Below, one piece after another: positions 9,946 to 21,500 of a stretch of 64,000 bases of DNA (the first letter of the stretch is position 1; every line of letters starts with the position of its first letter). The notes below the pieces were generated by a model. The model saw only the letters and a list, made by a program, of their open reading frames with translations, did no database searches and was not told the origin of the DNA. A program made the translations under genes and the position numbers. The stretch is from Epithemia pelagica (Eukaryota; Protista; Bacillariophyta), in contig OX337230.1 of the NCBI GenBank assembly GCA_946965045.2, forward strand, positions 2,852,001 to 2,916,000, given 5' to 3'.

Positions 9946-11658
9946 TCACTTTGAAAACCAATTCCAGTAATCTTCCACTGGTACACGACTTTCTTCGAGC
10001 GAGTATTCGAGTGACAGGCGACCTTCCACTGTTTCCGGCAGCAAACTCCATCCCAACAATCGAAATGGTCTCGTTCGTTGGTGGTCGTGATGAAGGACGG
10101 GGTCCAATTGCACCGTAGAGGTTCCAGGCGGCAACATGCCCACAGCCGTGGTGCGGGCCAATTCCTGGTTGGGTGTTCCGGCTGTGTGCCACGCCTCAAT
10201 GAGAATGGCTTGTTTTTGGTTGATACGGACTCGCAATTGCGCATAGTCGTCCTCCATACCATCGTCTGTGTTCCCAGTGGAGGAGACCATATCGTCCACT
10301 CCTCCAGTTGCCACAGAGCCTGAGTGAACAGGAGCCGTCAAATAGGTAAGGTACAACATGCGCTCGGTCGGAAAGGGACTGTGAATCGTCAAGATACTTC
10401 CCCCACGAACATCCACCTCCAAGGCATGTTTGTGATTGGCACTCACAAACCAATCGCCAGTTCCACCTCCGCTTCGACTGGTCCGGTCAAATTCAACGCG
10501 ACGCAATCGTTGACTGTCCTGTTCGGCATGGTAGAGACCATTTTCGTACCACAAACGGCATTCATCACCCTCTCCCCAACTTCCTACCGTCGTTCCTTCT
10601 TTGGTGGCCGGATAAAGAGTGCCTCCTCGTACAACCGATTTCAAGCTGGAGGCCACCACGGCATGTCCTTGCGCATTCAAGTTGTCAGAATCTTCTTGAA
10701 AAATAGACAATTGGTCCATCATTGTTTTGGGATATTCAAAGACGTCCTTGTCAGGTAGATTCATGGCAAAATAGGACGCCCCATGCCGAGAGGCTTGTTG
10801 CAACACCATGGCTTCATCATGCATTTCAGCAAAGGACCAACGGTGTTTCTTAGCCAGTATGTTCAAGTACAACTCTGGATCATCCATGGCTCGGTTGCCG
10901 TTCACTTTGCGATAGGTTTGAAAGTCCAAGACAGTTCCATTTGCTTGTTGATAGAGTAGCTGGCTGGGATGCCACAACCGCAGCAAGATCATCATGGCTT
11001 TGGGGAATCGTTGGCGTAATCGTTGCACCAGCAGTGTCAAGGCCGGATCCCAGGTTTGAAATTCCACGACAATGACATTGTAAATGGCGTCGTTTCCCAC
11101 AATGGATTGCGTACAAGCTGCCGCCATGGTAAAGCCACCACTTTGTGTGGCAGCATTGTGGACGGTCGAGGACAATTGGTACGGATAGGCTTGTTCCAAG
11201 GGCTTGTCGAGACCGACACCATAGGTTGTGCTAGTTCCAAAAATCAAAAATCGAGGTTCCGGCTTGGTTGGCGGATTGGAGCTTGGCGATCGCGAAAATA
11301 AACTTCGTCGCCCCCAGCTACTGTCACTGCTACTGCTTTCCACGAGGGGAGGGCGGACAAAGGGGTGACGGTGCGGTGATTGGATCGATTCCTCTGTCGT
11401 CCCAGCAGATGTGGAATTCGTAGTCGGTATGGCAATGGATCGCGAAGAGGAGGAAAGGACCAGCATGACAGCCACAATACCAAGGGCGGTAACCAAAGCC
11501 GCAGACATGCCGCTCATGAGAGAACGACGGAAACGAGTGTTGTTGGCCATTATGGTTCCATTGCGATTTTCTTTAATGATGACAACTGTCGGGTTGAGGG
11601 GGTTGTTCGTGATGCTGCCGCCGCTGCTAAAGCTGTGCAACGGCAAGTAATTCTTCAT
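9946..11658 (-). CDS. Membrane-anchored SGNH/GDSL-like hydrolase-fold protein
   Basis: TM anchor (AALVTALGIVAVMLVL); block-I-like FLIFGTSTTYG; NLNAQGH near the expected block V. Start is ATG 11658 or 11550, not the track's 11793. Confidence 0.5.
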   Translation of the reverse strand: MKNYLPLHSFSSGGSITNNPLNPTVVIIKENRNGTIMANNTRFRRSLMSGMSAALVTALGIVAVMLVLSSSSRSIAIPTTNSTSAGTTEESIQSPHRHPFVRPPLVESSSSDSSWGRRSLFSRSPSSNPPTKPEPRFLIFGTSTTYGVGLDKPLEQAYPYQLSSTVHNAATQSGGFTMAAACTQSIVGNDAIYNVIVVEFQTWDPALTLLVQRLRQRFPKAMMILLRLWHPSQLLYQQANGTVLDFQTYRKVNGNRAMDDPELYLNILAKKHRWSFAEMHDEAMVLQQASRHGASYFAMNLPDKDVFEYPKTMMDQLSIFQEDSDNLNAQGHAVVASSLKSVVRGGTLYPATKEGTTVGSWGEGDECRLWYENGLYHAEQDSQRLRRVEFDRTSRSGGGTGDWFVSANHKHALEVDVRGGSILTIHSPFPTERMLYLTYLTAPVHSGSVATGGVDDMVSSTGNTDDGMEDDYAQLRVRINQKQAILIEAWHTAGTPNQELARTTAVGMLPPGTSTVQLDPVLHHDHQRTRPFRLLGWSLLPETVEGRLSLEYSLEESRVPVEDYWNWFSK

Positions 11659-11698
11659 GATACTGGCACTTTTCCGTTCGCCTAATATCTCTCCTCTC

Positions 11699-11725
11699 CA
11701 ACAACAACAACAACAACAACAACAA
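11699..11725. repeat. (CAA)9 microsatellite
   Basis: Read directly, just upstream of the SGNH-like gene. Confidence 0.9.
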
Positions 11726-12360
11726 GAAGGACCACCGGCGCACGAAATTTTGGCCACAAGGATGGACCAATCTTTGTGCGGTTGCACACGCACAAATTTG
11801 TGTGTGCACGGACTCCGATCTCCCCCATGAATCCGGGCAGGCGAACCTGTCGGAAGCCCTTCTTAAAAGCTTAAATGGAAATTTTGATGGGGCAATAATT
11901 GTTATATACACTATACATCTTTAAGTACATGTTTTCAAAAGCCCCGGGCGCGCCAAATTCTGAAAAGTCACATGACACGTGAAACGATCCACTCCCGCAA
12001 CGTATCGGGGATTGGACCGTTGGGACAAAGACAACGTGAGTAGTGGTACAATGTACAATACCAGTACTGTCAATAAGAGCCCAGGCAATTTTCATATCCA
12101 TTGTTTTTATGATCTAACGTCAAGGGAGAATATAAATGACTGCAATAACCACCAACTCGTGGAGCATCCACGGGGCTACAGGTTCCGGGCAATTGTCAAG
12201 GCTGTCTCCCCCATCTTTAATCTTGATGCTCGTATTCGCATAGGACGTCTCCGGTCCAACCAGAATTTGTATTGGTCGACTTGGTCGCGAAATTGGTCGC
12301 TTGTCGGTCATTTCGCACCTCCGACACAAAGATCTTCGCCGCAAGATTTGTTGACACACC

Positions 12361-14244
12361 ATGGAGCGCTTGTGGTGGGGAGCCACCAGGAAAACAAGTG
12401 CTGTGCTAATTACAGAGACACCACAGCTGACAACAGAAAGAATTTCCTTCTTATTGCGTCTCAGACGAAGTTCTGTTCCAGTTTGGTGTTCCAGAGGACG
12501 CCTTCATCATTATCCACTCGGTCCTGCCGTCGAATCTTTGGCTTTCGGCGTACCAAGAGCCTCCCCAAGTCGACCATTTACCACGACCACCAACCACGCC
12601 ACGTCCGCATCCACCACTGCCACGACCGTACCAACGATGGCGTCCGGAGGAAACTCAAACTCAAGTTCCTCGTCATTTCAATTGCCCATTTTGGATTTTC
12701 GAAAATGGCAATCGCCATCGTCACAGGAACAACGAGACGAGTTCGTGCAAGAATTGCGAAAGGCCTGCCATACCGTAGGATTTTTTCTACTCCATCATAC
12801 GGGCATTCCTAACCAAGTGCGTCGAACGGCCTTGGACGAAACACGACAATTCTTTCAACGACCCTTGTCGGAAAAACAAACCATTTCCTATGAACACTCG
12901 TCTAATTTTCGGTACGACATTTCGACACTCGGCAAATCGCCACTTGAAACGCACTGTTCTGCTTTCTTGACGTGATATGGATACCAACCAACTGCGTTGT
13001 CCTTTGTTTTTTCTTTCCGTCATACTATCCTTGTCCCATTTCCGACTTGTCGTGTGTGATGGGTGCTTTGATGAATTGTGTTGTACAGGGGATATATGCG
13101 CATGGGTGTGGAAAATACTGCTGGACAAGTGGATTATCGCGAACAGATTGAATATGCCGTTGAAGAAGAAGAACCAGTACTGAAAGACGTCGCATCATCC
13201 AACAAGGATGGCAAGCTGTTTTACAATCGATTGCGTGGTACCAATCCCTGGCCAGACCAGATTCAACCTACCCTGCGCCCTGCTATTCTAAACTTTGTAC
13301 CACATGTTTGTCACGTGGCCCACGGTCTTCGACAAGCACTTTGTCTCGCCTTGGGATTGAACCAACATGCGTTGGATAGCTTATTCGATGCGACCAATGA
13401 GAATGACGGTCATGATCGTAGACACGAGGAACCACCACATTGGGTATTGAAATTGGTTTCGTATCCAACCTTGGAGGAGCCTAGGATGTCCGATCCAGAA
13501 ACAAAACTCAACAATGCGACTGATCAAGGGGAAAATACGAGTACAACTGCTTCACAGTCTCGCCGTCCCGTGGTGCTGGGTGTTGGGAGTCATACAGATA
13601 CCAACTTTTTGACATTGATTCAACAAGAACAACCGCGGTTGGCCAGATCCAAGCAGGCTAATGGTGCAATCGGAAGAGGAGCTGGGTTGCAAGTGTTTTC
13701 GCAGGGTCAATGGCGTGACATTGAATTTCCTCCACGATCGCCCAAGGACAACCAACAGGACGAGGACAATCTCTATGAGGACCCCTCTTCCCATTATCTG
13801 ATTTGCAATTTGGGAGAACAAGCCCAAGTTTGGTCTCGAAACTACTTTCTTGCTACACCGCATCGTGTTCTCTTGGAGAATGGCGACACCGAGCAGCAGG
13901 TTCCTACGGAGGAACCAGCATTCACGGCATCCACGCAGACTTTGGCAATGGAAAAGAATGAGACCGTACCTTCTTCACGGCTTTCCTTGCCACTTTTTTA
14001 CAATCCTCGACTGTCGGCCACCATTGTACCTATTGATTTTTCGGCCATATCGAATCCCCCTGTATGGGAACGATCCGAACAGGAACATTCCTGGAAACGT
14101 CATGGCGTCCCGGATGTTCAATTGACGAGTGTGGGAGAAAACACCTTTAAAAGTCTGGCACGATCTCATCCAATTGTCTTTGCGAAACATCATCCTGACT
14201 TGGAACTCCTTGAAAATGGGCAAATTGTTGTCAAGAAAGAATGA
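12361..14244 (+). CDS. 2OG-Fe(II) oxygenase, isopenicillin-N-synthase/DIOX-like; join(12361..12911,13089..14244)
   Basis: DIOX_N pattern (LPILDF...LRKACHTVGFFLLHHTGI); GT..AG intron 12912-13088 restores NFRGY; HTD...H triad (GSHTDTNFLTLI, ATPHRV) and RLS 2OG-binding motif. Start may be 12637. Confidence 0.88.
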
Positions 14245-14743
14245 TCACACACAAATCAGAAACAAGACATGGGACATCATCCGAAAGACAACGAGGACTA
14301 AAGGCGAGTATGAATGATATTTTGATCGAGCGTTTCCGTTTATGGTGGCGCATCAAAGAAGATCCAAGCACATGACTGCTTACAACCTGATGAACAATTT
14401 TCAATTCCTTTGCATTGTGCCTCTACTGTATGACCAAAATCTAGGCATCACAGTGCGAAGTGACAGTTTCCAATTCATATCTCATTTACAAACAAGGGTC
14501 TTGTGATTCTGGAGTCCACACCGATCACAAGAGCGCGCGTCGGAGTCACGTTTCGAAGATTTCAGGTTTTGAAGCATATCTTTTTTCAATCATCGCATCC
14601 ACCTTTTTACCTTTGGCAAGGAACAGACGTAAGAACCTTCTCTCATGCCATAACAGGCAACGTTCCTCCCTTAATACAATCACTGCAGACACACGCAGAT
14701 ACAAGCAGCAATCGCCCTCGATCAAGGAGATTAGTACTAAAGC

Positions 14744-16489
14744 ATGGCGGCGCAATTCGTGAATATCCCTTACCTCCTAAACGCTGGTCTCGACATTACC
14801 AACGAACCACGCACTTTCTTCCGTCGCCCTGAATTTAATGAGCTTGTCCAGTTTGTTGATGAAACCATCGAAGGTAAGAGAATTGGTCTGATCGAGGGCC
14901 TTCCAGGAACGGGAAAGTCTTCCACTCTCTGGTGGGCACTTCAACAGCCGAATCACAAGGCGCAAAGCGTAGCTTGGTTGCACTTCGCTCGAAGCGGCAC
15001 ATCGATCCTCGCTTACGCGAGGAAGGAAAAAGACGGCAGAGTCATAACACATCCCACCCCAACAATTGAACAAGTTGGAGAACTAGCTGATGCGGATATT
15101 TTGGTCATGGATGGAGTGAACCATAACAACTATCCGTAGTTGCTGGAAAAACTCCGGCGTAGTTGTCGCCCCCAAGGCAAAGAAAAACCATTTGCCTTCT
15201 GCGGCTTTATGACAATGTCGAACAAGATATTGCGAGAGCACAGCCACACGTTGGATATGATGGAAGCTCAGCAGCGTGAAGGTGAAGGAATAGCACAACG
15301 GTACCGCACCCAACACTCATGGTCTTTGGATGAATACTTAAACGCATTCGTGCAAAATGGAATTAGAACCGAGCTTTTCAAGGAGAATATTTCCATATTT
15401 GAAGAAGATTGGGACATTCGAGACGACGGAATGCAACCGAAAGATTCGCACACTGCTGAGACAATGAGTTTTTCGGTGGCTGAGGTTATCGCTCAGAAGT
15501 ATGCTTATGCAGGGGGTTCGGCGAGGTGGATGATGAAGAGCACAATGAAGGAAATTGATAAATTAATATCGGACTACATCAAGGGCGCAAAGAAGGATGA
15601 TCTTTTGTCCTTTGTACTCGGACCAGAATCCACGTTTGCAAAGACACACCTCCTCCATTCCTCCAGCACGGAGGATGGCACGATCTATTCTATTGTCAGC
15701 GAACGTGCCACTCTACGTCTCGTGGAGGACCAAGGCGACGGATCGATCAGGGCTTTGTACCAGCAAGCCGCGAAAATGGATAACCCAGCTTTCTTGGGCT
15801 GGGTTGTCGAGGCGGACTTTTTCCACCGGTGCAAGCAAGGGAACTTGTCCTTGAAAAAGTTGAAACGCAATGAAAGAAATGTCGCAGAAGATGAGATCAT
15901 CCGCATCCCGCCCGAGCCTCCTGTGGTGTTTGATTATGTGGAGCTGTTGAAGCTGGCGGAGCAAGCAAAACATGAATTAGCGCAGGTTGAGCTAGCGAAG
16001 GGAGGTTCAGTTCCGACTCCAGATACCGCCGCATTGAACGAGCTCTGTCGAATAATGGCGAAGCTCACGCCGGCTGAAGGGGAGATTCGCACCTGTAAAC
16101 CGTCAAGCTGGAATCAGGGCGGGTTTGATGTTGTTTTTGTGGAAACACAGGCGCCCACCGTTGACAATACACAAATTCGTCTGATCATCCGTTTCGGTCA
16201 GGTGGCCAAGTCCAATACCCACAGCCTGAAGCCCAAGTATTTCTCCAATTTCATTGATTTTGTGAAGGTGGCAGGACATAGTGTTGAAGCAGTTGAAATT
16301 GGATTCGTAGTGCCAGAACCCAAGATGAAGTCCTTCAAGGTAATGCATAGTGGAGTTGAGAGCGCCGGCTTTCTCGACCACATCCCTGTGTATGGGACAA
16401 CTCACGCGTGGCAGAAGGGGAAGGAGGAAGACGAAGTGGAAGTGTATGGTTTGGATATGAAAGAGAAGGACTATCCCATTTTTTATTAG
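14744..16489 (+). pseudogene. Crinkler/RHS-type (CR) P-loop NTPase plus C-terminal REase-fold protein, interrupted by one in-frame TAG at 15137-15139
   Basis: Two track ORFs abut in the same frame; Walker A GLPGTGKS; Walker B-like ILVMDG; AGGSARWM; C-terminal WNQGGFDVVF...QVAKSNTHSLK resembles CR-REase motifs. Confidence 0.7.
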
Positions 16490-16564
16490 TTTTCAAAGAT
16501 GCAATATTGGAGACGTGCTAAATTGCTGAGCTACACATTACCTCGCATGCCGCTTCCAGGGTGA

Positions 16565-17020
16565 AGAGAACTTTTTGTCAGGATTGCCTTCGGCGCTGCA
16601 CTCCCATCAATTTGTGGGCGATACGAACGTTACGTTGACAAGATCACCGGCGGAATTCAGCTTGCAAAGCGAAGAATTGATCCAGCCGTAGAGCGACTTG
16701 AAGAATCAGCCAAAGATTTTGTTGTTATGACACGCAAAGAAATTGACACATTTCTTTGTCAGGTCTATCGCCAGCGAGTTCAATTTTCCAAGCAACACAA
16801 AGCTCTGGACAATTTGGTTCCGAAAGTGTCCGATCCGGATGGTTACTTGCACGAATCAGGAGGTTGGTTCGGATGTAGAATGCTGATGCCAAGAAACAAA
16901 TTCACGTTGACCCCTTTGTCCTTCAGTCAAAACCAACTTTCGAATAACAATTGTTTCACCTTCCGTGATTGTTTTCCTACTCATTCAGTTGGTTGGAACT
17001 TGGAAGACTGGAGAAATTGA
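16565..17020 (+). pseudogene. Possible coding remnant of unknown type
   Basis: About 150 open codons with protein-like composition (ELFVRIAFGAALPSICGRYERYVDK...) that extend upstream of the first ATG; no family recognised. Confidence 0.25.
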
Positions 17021-17184
17021 GGACACTACAGGAGGAGGCGGAGAAGAGAACAAGTGGTCCCCTGTAGTTGTCCTAACCAAGACATTTGTACTTGCTGTTA
17101 CGCAGGTTCTTCTCACGTACTTTGTGACAAGGACGAGAAGTGCGGTGGGCTTGTCAACCACAATGACATTCTAGACCCCAAACG

Positions 17185-17378
17185 TCGTCTAATTTTCGGT
17201 ACGAAATTTTTCGGCACTCGGCGATAAGCCATTTGAAACGCACTGTTCTGCTTTCTTGACGTGACATGGATACCAACCAACTTCGTTGTCTTTTGTTTTT
17301 TACTTTCTGTTAGACTATCCTTGTGCCATTTCCGTTTTGTCTTGTATGACGGGTGCTTTGATGGATTGTCTTTTACAG
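17185..17378 (+). repeat. Isolated copy of the intron (12912-13088) of the upstream 2OG oxygenase gene, with 14 nt of exon 1
   Basis: tcgtctaattttcg|gtacga...ttacag aligns end to end with 12898-13088, roughly 85% identity by eye; the rest of both exons is absent. Confidence 0.9.
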
Positions 17379-18501
17379 GAAGGTACGGGAATGACGTAGA
17401 TGACCAGGATGTACAGCCATGAAGCTGATGCTATGATAAGGTCACCTTCGTCCTTGCCGCAGCCCTAGTTTAACAAATTGTTCTAAATAGTTGTTTACTT
17501 GCGGAACTATGGGCCCCTTTAGAATCACCACGACTGGTATTGCATAGTAGACTAGAGAGAGTAGCCAATACATCGATGAGATTGCAATCACATCAAGTCT
17601 CCTCTTGGTTTTTTAGAAATACAGTCTGTGGTGCGAATGAACTAGTAAGCAGTTAACTTTAGCTCCGATCTTTCATTTCACTTCGTCTGAAATCCGACTG
17701 ACATCATGTCAGTGAATATATCACTGACGTCTGACAGAAGGAGTAAGTAACAAGGCATTACGGGTAGCTACAAGCTGAGTTCAAGCCGAATGTCAACGAC
17801 GTAGCGCTTAGTAGGAAATCTACGTATATCACGCCAGCCATCTAATTACTATAGCCCTTATAATTATGCCTCTCATGTGAAAAGTGCTTCCTAAACTCGA
17901 CAATCTCGCGTTCCCCCAGAAAAACTTCGTTTTGCACGAGACTATCGTGCGTGGGGTGCATCCGATGATCATGTTGTTGTGGATGATGCCAACCGTTTGA
18001 GCTGTTGCCCCATTGGTGGTGGTCGAATAACACCCTAAGGCACCTGGATGCAGCTCGGCAACATCTCGAACGGATGGGGTGGCCCTCCACCATGGTCAAC
18101 ACAGTCGACTGTTTTTTCGTAATTTTTGATGAAAATCTAGCGTTCGGAAGAAATCACACATAACACTAAAGGTAATAAAATATTTCTTGCAACCACTAGG
18201 ACGTCGCGTGTCGGACATTAGAAACGCGAAACGCTATCGAGGATTACTCCTCTGGTACAAATTCTACAGGGGCCTACGTCGTTGATGTAAACTCTGAACT
18301 CAGCTTGTACCCACTACTTGACTTGCCCTTGTACTCCTAGAGTAGGAGTAGTACTAGAGGAGTAGTAGCTACGTAGAAAATGCATAAGGACACATAGCAT
18401 GTATGATGTCTACTAGCAGAATGATTATGGCCACTCTAGACTCTAAAGGTCGAATGGCAATCTAGCTAGATGCAATCTCAAGTGATCTAGAGACCATGCA
18501 T

Positions 18502-21500
18502 TTAGGCGAGAGCATGGTTGTGCTGAGCGGTGATGTCAAAAGGTGCACCCCCAGTCATGATTTCTAGCTGTGTGATGACAGCAATAGGAGTAAATACAAA
18601 GCGGTGCTTGTTTCGGTCATGACGAAAAACTTGAGAGAGCGCACCGAAGTCCTTGAATCGTCCGTTGACGATCTCATGGCGAGAGCGAGCAAGGGCCATC
18701 TCACGTGCGTGTTCGGGATTCCGAGCTTGTTGTTTGAGAATGACGGTAGGGTCTTTGTACGTTCCATCCGCTACCACACGCTCCCCAGGAAGCAAGTGGG
18801 TCTTCAAGGCCATGCGATAAATACGAAGATCCGAGTAGGTCCCGCAAGGGAAAGGGCCGTGGATCCAAACTATCCAACCCGTGTTAATACACGTGGCTAC
18901 CTCCCAACGGACACCTGGACCACAAAATTTGTGCGAAAACCAACCAGGGTTCAAACCTAGTGCCCTAGGCTCGAAGATTCTATAGTCGGTTCCATCTACG
19001 ACCAACGCTGAACGCTGGTGGGTGTCTCGCATGAAGCGGTTACCCAATCTTATCTGTGTACAGAAACAGGTAGAGAAAAAATTGGTGAGTGGGTAGTAGA
19101 ACTCTCATTGAGAATTCAGAAGGGTAATAGGTAGTTGGGTAAAAGGCTCGCTGAGCCGACAATCGAATCACCAACCGATACAACAATCCTCCACGGGTCA
19201 GAGAAGAGTTGCAAGTCGAAGTCCGCCGTGGGTGGGGGCAGTCGGTCCACTGATAAGAGGTTAGTCTTAAGATGAGTGTTAAAATGGTGATATTAATGAT
19301 TGTGAGATGATTACTAACTAAGGTGTTTGATGAAGGTCGAGGTCCTGGCTCTTGTATACGGCCATGGATCTGGTGTGATAGGTCCTCAAATGGTTGGAGT
19401 AGACCTGCATTGTTGTATTGAAAGTATATGCAGTTGTATATCATATACCAATGCCAACAGCTCTTGCTTTGTTGTGATATAGGTAGTTTTCTTGGCGCGT
19501 TGTTGATTGCATTCTTGGAATTGTGGGAATGGAAATATGGTCTCGCGTGATCGTGATTCGTGCTTTGATTACTTAGGTCGTTGAGGTAAGTCGTGGAGGT
19601 GCTCACTCGGATCTTGATTGCGCGCGCTTGAGAATATTGGGCGCGCACGTGATGGGCCATAGTCAATATCCGAGCGGTCGCCGATAGCGCGTGCATTGCG
19701 AGCATGCCTTGGCCAAAATTAAAGGTCCGCGAGCATGCCGTCATTCTTTTCTCACTTTTACACAAATGTCATCGGATGCCATAAAATACTAGCATCAGTC
19801 GATGTGTTGTAGATTCCACCACCACCTAGTTAAAGGTGAGAATCCTAATACTCCCCACAATTCGTCGAGTGAGGATTGTTATTTTCCTTGTCATGCTTCT
19901 GAACGTTTCCTCCCCAGAAGAATATGATCTTGAACATGGTCCATACTTTCGAGAATTTCCAATGCTTGGAGAATGTCTCCTGGATGTTCTCATAGTCATC
20001 ATTCTTGAGTTGGTAGGTCTTGTCGATGCCCTTTGAGCTATGCTCCCCAGGTGCCTTCTTCATCCAAACATTGGGATCTGCTTTAGTTGGTGACAAATCC
20101 ATATCAATTGGGGTGTCAAAGAAACAGTCACGCCGACATGCTCCTGAAGATTTTAATCCCTTGGAGGCCTTGTGCGTAATCAAGATGTGACCTGATTCCT
20201 TGAGTTCTTGTCTTGCAACTATCAAGATCTTCTCTCCAGATAAAGCTTCCAGGTCGTGTGCATTTCCAACTTTTGCTCCCCATATATCCATATCATTGAG
20301 AATCCCAAGACAGGTGGTTGTATGAAAGTTGTGAATGGAAGTAGTACACAAAAAGATTGCCTCAACCGGTTCTTTGGTAAAAGCCTCGTCTGTGATGAGA
20401 AGTGCTGGGCGACTATCATCATGTTTTACAAGATGGATTTGAATCTTGTTCTTGTGATACTCTTCTGGTGATGCATTTATCATTTCCCTTCTCTTGAACT
20501 GAGCTTGAACGCAATCCTTGACTTTTGTGAGGGATTGGATCTGTGAAGCCTGAAAGAGCTCAACTTCAGTAGTGTCGTGCCACTTTCTTTTACCATGTTG
20601 CTTGTCTAACAAAACAACTAATTCTTCATTTGTCATTGAAACTTGATAACCAAACTTGTACTTGATGGAACGACAGGCTTGCTTGATTCTTGACTGCTGT
20701 TTGGCAGCTTGAACAAGGCATTTACTGGTCTTGACAAAACGCTTGAGATGTTTCCATCCAAGTTCATTTAATAGGTCATGTTTCTTGGCATAGGCATCAT
20801 TTACCATGAGTGACGGAGGCTCATAGATCATCTCCCCAGTCTCCCAATCAACAAGTATATTACAGTGACTTCTTTTGTAGTCAGGATTGTTGCTAATACT
20901 TGACGGTTCTTGATCTGCAACAACGTCCCTGAACTGAAAAACGTCATCTTCAGTTTCCTGTGCTTGGTTGTCCTGTTTGATGTATTCCATATGTTGACGG
21001 TATGAAATTATCTTGTCAATGTCGGAAATGGATTTGCAGAAAGTGTACTTGATACAGTCTTCTTGCTTGAGAGCATCTTGTTCTAAATCAATGACGCATC
21101 TTATAAGACACGGTTGTGGTTGCTCCCCATTATACGGTTGTCGTTGCTCCCCATTTTCCTCTGGATCATAAACAAGGAAAGGTTGTCCAATAGTGTCGTC
21201 ATGTTTGATCGTTGGAATTTGCGTGGATGGATCTTCACCTTTGCTACAAATGAAAACAATGTCAGCTTGCTTGCCGTTGGGTTCACTTGGAAGCGATTCC
21301 TCCCCTGAAGAGGTATCCACACAAAGGTTGCTGGGTGGCGTGGGTGCATCATGAAGAATGGCAGAGTAACAAAGGGTTTGAGTGTCCAGAGACAAAGTAT
21401 CACCAATAGGAGGGGCAAAAACAAGCCAGTAGCCAAGTGTCGTGACAAAAGAGGGAGGGTAGGGACTGTAGGGACGGTGGGAGAGGGCATATGAGTCGGT

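Noticed and set aside
12912-13088. Textbook Introner element
   Set aside because: Only a weak 7/8 terminal inverted match (GTACgACA / GTACaACA) and no TSD; retained only as an untested option in the orphan-intron finding.
14744-16489. Bacterial contamination or prophage as the source of the Fic, NTPase/REase and recombinase genes
   Set aside because: Neighbouring genes and the recombinase have spliceosomal introns, the Fic protein carries eukaryotic RING and low-complexity regions, and there is no operon structure.
17695-17730. Overlapping short palindromes (CTGACA/TGTCAG, GTCAGTGA/TCACTGAC) inside the Harbinger
   Set aside because: 6-8-bp stems are expected by chance in 64 kb; no supporting context.
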